The notes beneath the pieces were generated by a model, which searched no databases, was not told the origin of the DNA, and was given only the letters and a program-made list of their open reading frames with translations. Below, in pieces: positions 7,855-17,000 of a DNA stretch of 45,915 nt; the first letter of the stretch is position 1; each line of letters opens with the position of its first letter. Origin of the DNA: a virus; the IMG/VR virus record IMGVR_UViG_3300012668_000094, positions 1 through 45,915 of that record. One strand, 5' to 3'. A program made the translations under genes and the position numbers.

Positions 7855-8808
7855 TCAGAGAACGTCGATGCTGGAGACCGTCTCCACGCGCCAGAGAGCT
7901 TCCTGGCGGTAGATGGACCAGCCGGCGATGCCGTGCCACGACAGCGGACGGAACCGCATCATCGTGTCCGTGACCGGGCCGATGATGAGGTGCGGCTCGA
8001 CAGCCACGACCTCGGCCAGACACTGCGAGCCGAACAGGTAGGACCTGTAGACCTGCTTCGCGGTCGCACCCGTCGCGGACGTCTTGCAGCGAGGGGACTC
8101 GATGTACGAGACACCGCCGAAGACGCCGACCTGCTCCATCCAGAGGTTGTTCGGAGCGACGTTGTTGTGCGGGTAGCGCCAGCCCAGCTCGCCCGTCTCA
8201 CGACGGAGGTCGTACGCCACGTCGGGGTGGATGAAAGCACCGAAAGTGTTTCCGCCCATCTTCTCGATGACGTTCGCGCCGCGCATCTTGGCGACGACAG
8301 CCTGGGGGATCTGGCTCTTGAAGACGTCGCCCGTGGTGAGCGTCACCTCTGTCTTGGTGGTGCTGGCGACGCCCGCGTTGGAGCGGACGACCTGGGTGCC
8401 GGCGTCCAGCACGTTGCGGACACGGAGGTCCACCGACTCTGCCTGACTCCGGGCGACAAGGTTCGCCACCGCGGGGTCGATGTCTGCGAACGTGAACGTC
8501 CGCAGTCGCAGCGTCGGGATGACCGTCTGACCCATTTCGTTCAGGGTCACGGTCACCGTGCTGGTGGAAGGCACCGCTTCCTCGCCGGGGTTCGTGGCCT
8601 CGGCAAGGTTGGTGGTGTTGGGGGTGAGGTCGTTGTACAGGTTGAACACGACCGTCTCACCGGGGTTGGTGAGAGCTGTTGCTCGGGTGTCCGCCACTCG
8701 ACGGAAAAGGGGCTCGGACCGGAGCTTGAAGCCGACGAGCTTCTCGTAACCGGTCTTGACCAGATTGAGGCCGAGTGAGGTACCCGAAGTGATGTCAGTG
8801 GTAGGCAC
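7855..8808 (-). CDS. major capsid protein (HK97-fold type, inferred)
   Basis: 317 aa directly after the acidic scaffold ORF. GTG start with TAAGGAG RBS. Followed by a strong hairpin. Sequence recalls actinophage capsid proteins (from memory only). Confidence 0.75.
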   Translation of the reverse strand: MPTTDITSGTSLGLNLVKTGYEKLVGFKLRSEPLFRRVADTRATALTNPGETVVFNLYNDLTPNTTNLAEATNPGEEAVPSTSTVTVTLNEMGQTVIPTLRLRTFTFADIDPAVANLVARSQAESVDLRVRNVLDAGTQVVRSNAGVASTTKTEVTLTTGDVFKSQIPQAVVAKMRGANVIEKMGGNTFGAFIHPDVAYDLRRETGELGWRYPHNNVAPNNLWMEQVGVFGGVSYIESPRCKTSATGATAKQVYRSYLFGSQCLAEVVAVEPHLIIGPVTDTMMRFRPLSWHGIAGWSIYRQEALWRVETVSSIDVL

Positions 8809-8834
8809 TGACTACTCCTTACGGGTTGGGGTTG

Positions 8835-9338
8835 TCACCCACCCAGGGCGCCGTTGCTCTGGAAGAACGCCATCAGCTCATCTTCTGAGCTGATCTTGTC
8901 CATCCGTTCGAGCACGTCGCCCGTGAGATGGGCAGGACTCCCGGCATCTGCTGCACCCTGGATCTGAGAGAGGGCCTCACGCTCAAGCGTGATGGCCGGG
9001 TCCTCGTCCTCTTGTACTTGTGCAACGTCATCGGGGTCATCGGTGGAGCTGTCTTCCGAGGAGGCCTTGGTCTTGGTGCCGAGAAGATGCGCGTACTTCT
9101 CAACCCATTCCTTCGGGTCCTGGTCCTCGGGGATCAGCTCTCTGATGGCCGGGTCTAGCCCCTTGTCCTTGAGCACCTGTACGGCGGTGTCTGCCTGCTT
9201 CTGCCCGTCGATGTCGCGCTGGAGCTTGTCGATCTTTGCCAGCGCTTGCTCGAGCTGCTTCCGCAAGCCACCACCGGTGGCGCCGTCCTGACGATCTAGG
9301 TCGTCGTAGGAATCGGACTCGTTGTTGTATCCGCTCAC
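8835..9338 (-). CDS. scaffolding protein
   Basis: 167 aa, highly acidic and helical (LRKQLEQALAKIDKLQRDIDGQKQ), immediately upstream of the capsid gene. RBS GAGGAGGA. Confidence 0.7.
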   Translation of the reverse strand: MSGYNNESDSYDDLDRQDGATGGGLRKQLEQALAKIDKLQRDIDGQKQADTAVQVLKDKGLDPAIRELIPEDQDPKEWVEKYAHLLGTKTKASSEDSSTDDPDDVAQVQEDEDPAITLEREALSQIQGAADAGSPAHLTGDVLERMDKISSEDELMAFFQSNGALGG

Positions 9339-9411
9339 GCGGTCCTCCTCGTTGTGGCCTCACACGCCCCGAGGGGGTGGCATGTGGCTCCGAATGTGCC
9401 GACTACCTACG

Positions 9412-9440
9412 CCTGTCACTGAGTCGGCTTGCGTGACAGG
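9412..9440. promoter_or_regulatory. inverted repeat CCTGTCAC-N13-GTGACAGG
   Basis: Perfect 8-bp arms in the 465-bp gap upstream of the scaffold gene. Candidate operator or hairpin. Confidence 0.4.
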
Positions 9441-9447
9441 GAAACTG

Positions 9448-9460
9448 TGGTATGGTTGCA
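9448..9460 (+). promoter_or_regulatory. extended -10 promoter-like motif TGGTATGGTTGCA
   Basis: TGnTATGGT + TGCA, pointing away from the late genes into a terminator-bounded segment. Confidence 0.5.
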
Positions 9461-9462
9461 TC

Positions 9463-9750
9463 AACGGGAAAGCGACGGCTGACCCGGAGTGTGGCTGAAC
9501 GTCTGGTACTGCTGGATCGACCGGACAAGGCTCATGCGGTGTGCAGGACCCTCTAGGCCGATTCGGTGAAGGGGGGCATGAGGACTAGCAATCCGATTGG
9601 CATACACCTTGCGGTGAACGCATGGACGGCTATAGGAGTACCTCAAACCCGAGAAAACTCCAGCTAGGCCGTGGTGGTAAAGACCAATCCACCCACTCAC
9701 ACAGACCCCCGTTAGCTGGGCCTTGGCCCTCAGCGGGGGTCTTGTGTTAT
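9463..9750 (+). ncRNA. ~285-nt putative non-coding RNA antisense to the late operon
   Basis: Bounded by the motif at 9448 and an intrinsic terminator (GACCCCCG 9704-11 / CGGGGGTC 9734-41 + TTGTGTT). Lower GC and no credible ORF. Confidence 0.5.
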
Positions 9751-9757
9751 GGTTGCT
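9745..9757 (+). promoter_or_regulatory. promoter-like motif TGTTATGGTTGCT
   Basis: Immediately after the terminator. It would drive an RNA antisense to the 21-aa ORF. Confidence 0.35.
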
Positions 9758-9803
9758 ACTGGCGCAGAGGGCCGGGGATCGACCCCCCGGTCCTCTCGCT
9801 ACG

Positions 9804-9869
9804 TCACCGGAAGGCGATGACGGCCAGGAGTACGACGGCGATGATCGCCAGGACTAGAATGGGGTCCAT
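9804..9869 (-). CDS. 21-aa hydrophobic peptide MDPILVLAIIAVVLLAVIAFR
   Basis: ATG 9869 preceded by GAGAGGAG RBS. Followed by an 11-bp hairpin (9767-9795). Not in the ORF track because it is too short. Confidence 0.45.
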   Translation of the reverse strand: MDPILVLAIIAVVLLAVIAFR

Positions 9870-9892
9870 GGTGGTTGGCTCCTCTCGTTATG

Positions 9893-10966
9893 TCAGTAGC
9901 TCTGGCGCTGTGCGGAGCCTGTGGCCCCGCGGCTCGAGCCGCTGAATGTGGCAGCCTCTTGGGCCATGATGCGCCGGCGCTTCTCGTTCTTGTTGAAGAA
10001 GACGTCCTGCTCAGCGTCGCCCTGTCCATAGGACTCGCCGTAAATGCTGGCCACCTGACCGACGCTCTGGTCCAGGGCTCGGACGGTGCCGTAGCCCTGG
10101 GCAGCTTGCTCGCCCGTGACACCCGCCTCAAGGAGGGTCTGGTAGCGAGCCATGTCGTTGACCTGATAGCCGTTGCGTGATGCCCAGCTGGCAACCTCGG
10201 CAGTCTTGTACTGCTTCTCGACAAGGGGCAGGGTGCGGTTCGGGTCCAGGAAGTACGCCGCCACGTCGCCGGTGCTGAGGCCATAGAACTGAGCCATCAG
10301 GTTTCGCATCGTCGGGTCAACGCTCTGGGCGGCTTGAGTGGCCATCCGGACCCGGCCCTCGATCTCCGCGGGCGAGGTGTTCTTGGCGATCCACTGGCCC
10401 ATGTCGGAGGGGTCATCATAGAAGCCTGCCGGCAGGCCGGCGTTGGCCATGATGCCCCGGTAGGTGTCCTCGAGCGCGAGGTAGTCTCGGATGCTGATGG
10501 CATTGTGGTGGTTGGCGATCCGGGCGTTGTAGCCCGGGAACCGCATCTGGAAGGCTGCGCTCTTCTGGATGTCCGGCATGAGGACACCGGATTCAACATC
10601 GGCCGGGGTGTAGCCGTTCTGCATGGCGCCGGTGAGGATGCCTTCGAGCTCGGCGTCCATAGTGAGGCCGATGTTGGCGAAGAACCTGCGGAGGTAGTCG
10701 ATGGCCGAGTTGTCGACAGGGGGCGGCGATGCCACCGCTGTCGACCCGCCACCGGTGCTACCACCGCCACCACTCGCCACCGGCACGGGCAGCGGGGTGG
10801 CCCAGCCGGCCAGATTCCCCTGGCCGTACTGGGGGTGACTTGTCCAGTCGGCCTGAACCTGCTCGGGGGTCCGTACTGTCTGGGTGTAGGTCGAGGTCGG
10901 CGTGGTTCGGTTTCGCTGGGGCCTGATGGTCGCGCCGGCGTTCCTCCAGTCATCTGCGACGGTCAC
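9893..10966 (-). CDS. internal-virion-type protein (357 aa)
   Basis: Start moved to GTG 10966, which overlaps the upstream stop (GTGA). Gly-rich linker then a helical domain. Confidence 0.5.
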   Translation of the reverse strand: MTVADDWRNAGATIRPQRNRTTPTSTYTQTVRTPEQVQADWTSHPQYGQGNLAGWATPLPVPVASGGGGSTGGGSTAVASPPPVDNSAIDYLRRFFANIGLTMDAELEGILTGAMQNGYTPADVESGVLMPDIQKSAAFQMRFPGYNARIANHHNAISIRDYLALEDTYRGIMANAGLPAGFYDDPSDMGQWIAKNTSPAEIEGRVRMATQAAQSVDPTMRNLMAQFYGLSTGDVAAYFLDPNRTLPLVEKQYKTAEVASWASRNGYQVNDMARYQTLLEAGVTGEQAAQGYGTVRALDQSVGQVASIYGESYGQGDAEQDVFFNKNEKRRRIMAQEAATFSGSSRGATGSAQRQSY

Positions 10967-11919
10967 GAGGTCAGCCCCCACATCTTGCCAATGGAGGCCG
11001 CGAAGCCCTCAGCCGTCTGCTTGGCGTTCTTGGTGTACATCCACCGAGAGTCCTTGCGAAGGGAGTCCTCGAAGCTGGACAGGTTGGTCGGCGCGTACTG
11101 ACCGTTGGTACCCGCGGTGCCACTGAGGGCCCGCCTGATTGTCGGGTCGGTCAGCTTGACGTCGGCGGGGTTGAGCTCAAGGAGCTCAGACATGCTCTGG
11201 ATGAACGGGCTGGCCACATCCATCAGGTCCAAGCCACCCTTGATCTGCTCGCCATAGAGCGGGAAGGCGTCAGCCGCCATGCGTCGGATCGACGTCACGA
11301 ACTGCTCCTGGGAAGCATCGCCCTTGACGATGCTCTGCATCCATCGACGCATCTGGTCGTCATTCAGGGTGATGCCGTTCTGGATCGCAGTGGATCGCAG
11401 CTGATCCTCGACGGTACTGAGCTCGCCGGTGTAGTAGCCGGCGCCACTGGGCTTGACGTGCTTCGCCAGCACGTCTCGCATCTGCGCCTCATCGAAACCA
11501 AAGAGGAGAGAGCGCTTGGCTAGCCGCTCGAGACCCGCCTCGGAAACCTGGGCGCCGATGGAGCCGGCGAGATTGGTGACGGCAGTCAGGCTCGCCTGGA
11601 AGCGCTCGTCGTACGTCGCGGGGTCAGAGAGCGATAGGGCCGTGACCTCACGCCACACATCGCTGTGCTTGGAGAACCACTTCGTCTGGCGCAGCTCGAC
11701 CTGGAACTTGGTCGGGGTCCAGTTGCCGGCGATAGCCTGCTTGAGCAGGTCCTCGAGCTCGGGGAATGCCTTGAAGAGGGCATAGGACAGACCGTAGTCC
11801 TCTTCGATCTGATCGCGGTCGATCTTGTCCTGCTTGGCGCCCTCGCCCTTGCCACCCTTAGTCTGGTCCTTCTTGTCCTCGGGCTTGTCACCACCCTTGG
11901 GCTCTGGCTTCTCAGGCAT
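10963..11919 (-). CDS. internal-virion-type protein (318 aa) with Lys/Gly/Asp-rich N-terminus
   Basis: ATG with AAGGAA RBS. N-terminal PEKPEPKGGDKPEDKKDQTKGGKGEG, then a helical body. Confidence 0.5.
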   Translation of the reverse strand: MPEKPEPKGGDKPEDKKDQTKGGKGEGAKQDKIDRDQIEEDYGLSYALFKAFPELEDLLKQAIAGNWTPTKFQVELRQTKWFSKHSDVWREVTALSLSDPATYDERFQASLTAVTNLAGSIGAQVSEAGLERLAKRSLLFGFDEAQMRDVLAKHVKPSGAGYYTGELSTVEDQLRSTAIQNGITLNDDQMRRWMQSIVKGDASQEQFVTSIRRMAADAFPLYGEQIKGGLDLMDVASPFIQSMSELLELNPADVKLTDPTIRRALSGTAGTNGQYAPTNLSSFEDSLRKDSRWMYTKNAKQTAEGFAASIGKMWGLTS

Positions 11920-11927
11920 GTCGTTCC

Positions 11928-13004
11928 TTACCGTTTGATCTGGACGCCATATGCACCCTCGTCGCCCTCGATGGATCGGATGCGAACGACAGTGCCCGGA
12001 CGGGCGGCTTCAATGACCTGACCGCCACCGATGTAGAGGGCGATGTGGTCGGCGCCGTTGTTGCGGCTGGAGTTATCCCAGGCGACCAGATCTCCCGGGC
12101 GGAGAGCGCTCATGGCGATCCGTGTCCCGGAGTTGGCCTGCTGGTAGCTGACCCTGGGGATCTCAATGCCGGCCGCGGCGAAGGCCTGCTGGAGCAGGCC
12201 CGAGCAGTCGACACCACCCTGGAGGCTGTTGCCGCCCCAGGTGTACGGCACACCCAGGGCCGTCTTGGCCGCTGAGATGACCGCCTTGCGCCAGCCGTCT
12301 ACACCCTTGGTGTAATCCCCAGTCTCCTCCGAGATGGGCTGGATGACCGAGGCGTTGGTCGCCGGCGAGATGAGCGGGCCGGCCCCGAAGTAGGGGTCTG
12401 CCATTGGCACTGGACCACTGCCCAGCTGTTGGATGGGCTCGGGCTGCTGGACGGTCGGGTTCGACATCCCCCAGGCGCCGAGCATCTGCTTGGCGGTAGG
12501 CGTCAGCGGCTCCGGGGTCTCGACCTGGAGGGCCTCCCCAGGGGCCTGTGTGCCGATCTGAGCGCGTTCCAGGCTCTCGAGGTACTGGTCTCCCTCGAGG
12601 GTCTGGGGAGCCTCTCCCGCGGCCCCCTGTACCTCGGGCCACATGGACCGCATGGCGCCGATCCGCTCGGCATACCGCTCCGGGTAGGCCGACCGCTGGA
12701 CGGCCTGAGCCGCCTCCCCCATGCCCATGCCGAAGCGATTGTCCCCGAGGCCAGTCAGGGTGGTGAAGAACTTCTTGGACGAGTAGTACGGATCCGTGAC
12801 CTGCTCGGGAGTGCCCCACCCCTGGGAGGGGCGCTGCTGGAACAGGCCGAGGGAGTCCCGGTCGCCATAGTTCACGTTGACGAGATTGGACTCCACCATG
12901 GCGGTGATGAGCCCGATCTGGATATCCCTGGTGCTCAGGCCCATGGACCGACCGACGCCGACGATCAGGGCGGCGTTGGCCAGCTGCTCCCTGCTCCAGG
13001 CCAC
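11928..13004 (-). CDS. virion-associated peptidoglycan hydrolase (lysozyme/transglycosylase-like + NlpC/P60)
   Basis: N-terminal MVESNLVNVNYGDRDSLGLFQQRPSQGWG. C-terminal YTWGGNSLQGGVDCSGLLQQAF...HIALYIGGG (Cys-His peptidase). Confidence 0.8.
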   Translation of the reverse strand: MAWSREQLANAALIVGVGRSMGLSTRDIQIGLITAMVESNLVNVNYGDRDSLGLFQQRPSQGWGTPEQVTDPYYSSKKFFTTLTGLGDNRFGMGMGEAAQAVQRSAYPERYAERIGAMRSMWPEVQGAAGEAPQTLEGDQYLESLERAQIGTQAPGEALQVETPEPLTPTAKQMLGAWGMSNPTVQQPEPIQQLGSGPVPMADPYFGAGPLISPATNASVIQPISEETGDYTKGVDGWRKAVISAAKTALGVPYTWGGNSLQGGVDCSGLLQQAFAAAGIEIPRVSYQQANSGTRIAMSALRPGDLVAWDNSSRNNGADHIALYIGGGQVIEAARPGTVVRIRSIEGDEGAYGVQIKR

Positions 13005-13005
13005 C

Positions 13006-14067
13006 TCAGACCCCCGGGACGGTCGCCCCGAGCGCCTGGAAGAGCGCCGGCGCGTAGGTGCCTACGGCCTGCCACTCTGCCCAGTCGGGGTTCTGTCGGG
13101 CCCTGCGGAGGAGGATGTCGTCGATGCCAGCCTGGGTAATCCCGGACTGAGTGGTCGAGGAAGAGAAGTTGTCGACGTCACTGGTGGAGTCGGAGTCGAT
13201 GACCCGACCCTTCTTGTTGGTGGTTTGCGACGACGTGTTCTCGGATGTGCTCTTGTTGGTACTCGTCGTCTTGGTGGGGCTTGTCCGCTGTGCGTACTGG
13301 ATGGCCCCAATGAAGTCCTCGAACTCAGCCTTGGTGGGGTCCCGGCCGAGCTCCCGCTGGAGCATGGCCCGGGTGAGGGCCATGGCGTCATTGGGGTCCA
13401 TGACGTCGCGGCTGATGCTGGTGTTCGAGGTCGTGTTGGTCGAGGAGGAGGTGGACGAGAAGGTCCCAGACAGGTCCTTGTTCTTCTCCTCTTCTTCGAT
13501 CCCGACACCGGTGATGTCGATATCGTTCTCGGTCAGGATCCCCGTGAGGTCCGAGAAGGAGCCGTCCCAGTTGGCCCCTCGGGGGAGCCGGTAGGACACG
13601 TTCTGCTCGAGGAGCTGCTCCGGGGTGATCTTCTGGCCGCGGGCGTAGCGGCCGGCCGCGTCGTTGAGCAGGTCCAAGTAGGCGTTCAGGGTCTCATTGA
13701 GGGTGAGATCCCTGGCAGCCTTGCCGACGTCCTCGAGGGACGCGGACCCGGCGAAGCCACCGAGGGTCAGAAGCAGAGCCAGCCGACTCTGCTCCCGGCG
13801 AGTCATCTGCTCGAACTCCTGGAGCAGAGAGTCGATGGTCTCGGTCTTGGTGATCGGACCTGTGACCAGAACGGACCCCTGGTAGGAGCCACCGGTGCTC
13901 GTGCCCGCGAAGACGGGGGCGAGCAGTGGATCCTCTTGGGTAGTGGCAGTGGCCGGAAGAGCCGATGGCATCGAGCTCTGGATCTGCGCGGCCCAGTCAT
14001 CACCCGGGGAACTGGGTCGCTCGCCGGTTGGCCTGGGCGTTGGTGGGGTGGTGTAGCCCTCGGGCAT
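13006..14067 (-). CDS. internal-virion-type protein (353 aa) with Ser/Thr-rich segments
   Basis: TAATG overlap with the giant gene. No motif recognised. Confidence 0.5.
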   Translation of the reverse strand: MPEGYTTPPTPRPTGERPSSPGDDWAAQIQSSMPSALPATATTQEDPLLAPVFAGTSTGGSYQGSVLVTGPITKTETIDSLLQEFEQMTRREQSRLALLLTLGGFAGSASLEDVGKAARDLTLNETLNAYLDLLNDAAGRYARGQKITPEQLLEQNVSYRLPRGANWDGSFSDLTGILTENDIDITGVGIEEEEKNKDLSGTFSSTSSSTNTTSNTSISRDVMDPNDAMALTRAMLQRELGRDPTKAEFEDFIGAIQYAQRTSPTKTTSTNKSTSENTSSQTTNKKGRVIDSDSTSDVDNFSSSTTQSGITQAGIDDILLRRARQNPDWAEWQAVGTYAPALFQALGATVPGV

Positions 14068-17000
14068 TAGCCGCTCCCTCGCATCAGTGTGTCACCCGTC
14101 AAGTAGCGGGCGTAGAGCTCCGCGAAGGCGGGATTGGATTGAACGATCTGACCGGTCTGGTCGTAGAACCATGAGGCCAGCGGGACGTTAGTGTCGGCCT
14201 GGAGACTCCTGGATCCACCGGCCATGTAGGCGGCGTCCAGCTGCTCGGCAGCCATCGTCCGGACGATGAGATACTGACGGAGGCCGGCGATGTCGGGCCG
14301 GTCGTCGAATTCCTTGTCGAAGGCGAACGTCTCGAGCTGCTGAACCTTGGTGTCGATGTCGTTGGCGAAGACATCAAAGTCAGCGGCCCAGGCCGGGTAC
14401 TGGTCCCGAAGGTCCGAGGTGGCGGCTGCCTTGAGTCGTTGCAGGTCCTTGGCCTCGACCTGCTGGATGCTGGTCAAGCCTCGCTCCATGAGCGCGGCGT
14501 CGACCGCCGCGGCCACCTTGCGGAACTCCTGCCATCCGAGCAGGCGCTCGCCTTCATCCATGCGAGCCTGCGGGTCCTGGATCTCACGCAGCTTGCGCGA
14601 GTCCAGCGGGCCCAGCTGGATATCGAACTGGGCGCGGTAGGCGTCCTGGGAGTAGTCGTCCGTGTAGGCGTCGGGGCTGATGACCAGCCCTCCCCAGTGG
14701 GGGAACTTCTGGATCAGGTCGGCGTTCTCCGACCACTCCTCCATGCCCTGGTTGGTGGGCGGGACGTGGGCCAGGGAGTTGCTCGAGCTGACGGCGTAGT
14801 ACGCCGCATCCTTGCCATAGTCGGTCAGGAACTGGTCGAAGTAGTCCTGGCCGTAGATCTCGCGGTAGCGGTGTGCCTGATCGAGCCAGAACTGGTGCTT
14901 GGGTGCGAACTCCGTCTGGACCGGGCTGGCCCAGCTGGAGAAGGCCCGCAGGCCCCAGAGGAAGTTGGCTGCCTTGTTGATCTCGTGCTGGGTTGGCATC
15001 GGCTTGCCCTCGCGGCGAGCCTCGAGGAGCATCTCCCGGCCCACCGACCATGCGAGGTTCGCACGGCCGAGGTCGTCAGCACCACCGGTGGCGTCCAGGA
15101 CGCGCCGGCCCCAGCCAGGGAACAGCTGCTCGAGGACACCCTCGGCGCCCGTCGAAGGGCGACCGATGGGGAAGAGCCAGCGATACCAGAGGTCATCGCT
15201 GCTGCCGGTGCCATCTGTGGGCGACACGATCTTGAGGAACTTGTCGATGGGCATGGTGAGCAGTGGGCCCGTCGACGGGAACAGTGGCATCTCGCCCTGG
15301 AGGACGGTGTTGGCCGACCCGATGGGGATGCGTACCGATCCGACGCTGTACAGAGACTTGCCCAGTGGCGTATCCCTCACCCACTCGGGGATGTTGAAGA
15401 CCACCTTGTCGGTCGGCTGGTAGAGGCCGAGGTTGAATGTGCCGCCCTTGCGGGTGCCGTCCTCAACCTCGTTGTTCTCCTCGTCGACCACGACGAAGTT
15501 GCGGTAGGTCGCACGCTGGCCCACAAACCACCGGGCCACCGTCTCGGGGCGGTCGCTGACGATCCGGGCCCACTTCACCATCGCCTCCTGCTGGGCGTTC
15601 CAGAAGGGGGCGATGAAGCGCAGCATGTCCGTCAGGTTGGTACCGTCCGACAGGTCGTACAGGGTCTTGCGGACCTCGTTCAGCGCGTGCCGGCGTGCCT
15701 CGGAGTAGATCCGACCTACGGCCTGCTCGTCGAGGAACTTGCGGTCGGTCTGTGCCACGAGGGCGCGCACCTTGGCGTCGAAGACAGCCTTGGCGAACGG
15801 CTGGCGGGAGAGGGCGTCGATGGGGATGGTGCCCAGGCCGGACCACATCTTGTCCGCGAGCCGCGTCCAGGGGGCGCTCTTGGTCATCTCGAGGTCGGGC
15901 CCGAAGACGTCCGGCATGTCGTCGTTGTGAATATCACGGCGCAGCTGGGCCGGCGTGAGCCGGTTCTTGCCCAGGAGTCGCTGGAGGCGCTTGTTGGGCA
16001 GGTAGTAGTCCAGCTTCGCCCGGTGCTCGTTCACCCAGAGCTCGGTGCTCCGGTGCTCGGGCATGATCTCAGCCCGGACCCGGTTGCCCTGCGGGGTGTT
16101 GTCGAGCCAGTCGACGATCTGGTCATCCCGCTGGCCGGCCAGCATCCTCTTCCAGATGGGGCTGTTGCCGACCTGATCGTTGAGCATGTCGGCCCAGATG
16201 TCGAAGTACCGCACGGCCGTCTGGTTCTCGCGGGTGCCGCGGACGACCGTCTTCTCATTGAACTTCGGGGGATGGTAAGTCTTGTGTCCGGCTGCCTGCT
16301 GGCGCAGGTACTGGAGAGCTCCACCGTGGCCGTCGCTGATGTTGTCGATGGTCTTGCTCGAGGAGACCAGGGCGCGGTTGATGTCGCCCTCCTGCCCCTC
16401 GAAGAAGTTCGGGATGTGGAACTGCTTGCCGTCAGCATCCTCGATGGTGGTGTGGCCGGCGCCGTACTTCTTCTTCATGCGCTCGTACAGCCCGCGGGCG
16501 GGGTCGTCGAGGGTGGAGTCCATGTCCTCGAGGTTCATCTGCCGGTCGCCGTCGAGGTAGGCCATCTCCTGGGCGCGGAGGTCGCCGTTGGCGGCAGCCG
16601 CCCAGTCGAAGTCAGCGTTCAGGCCATCGGCCTCGTTGACCATCTGGTTGAACCGCTGGGGGTGTGCCACCTCGTACCAGTCCTGGCCGAAGGCGTTGGG
16701 GGTGCCCGGGTCGACGTGGCTGTAGTCCATGGCCCTGACGGCGAAGTCGTCGAGATTCTGGTCGAGCGCCCGAGCCTTGCCCACGGTGAAGCCGTGGTAC
16801 TCCAGGCCCATCGCAGACATGAGCGTCTGCTCCTGGGTGCGGAGCTCGATCACCCTGGGGTCAGTGAGTCTGGCCTTGCCGCTCAGCTGGGCCTTGCGCG
16901 CCTCCAGCTCGGCGTGGATGGTGTGCAGCTGGCGCAGCATGGGGTTGCGCTTGCCGAACCGCACGATGCGGGACTCGGGGACGCTGTTGGTGGTGAGGGG

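Noticed and set aside
9461-9700. 79-aa minus-strand ORF inside the non-coding island
   Set aside because: It has no RBS and an odd composition (His/Arg/Ser/Tyr-rich). GC is lower without third-position bias. It is better explained as chance within an RNA locus.
16602-16619. NADFDW in the giant protein, reminiscent of the NADFDGD catalytic loop of multisubunit RNA polymerases (raising the idea of a virion RNAP, as in N4 or crAss-like phages)
   Set aside because: Only two of the three metal-binding Asp are present (DFDW, not DxDxD). I could not find the surrounding double-psi beta-barrel motifs or any T7-like motifs A/B/C. It is treated as coincidence, although a structure-based search of the giant ORF would settle it.
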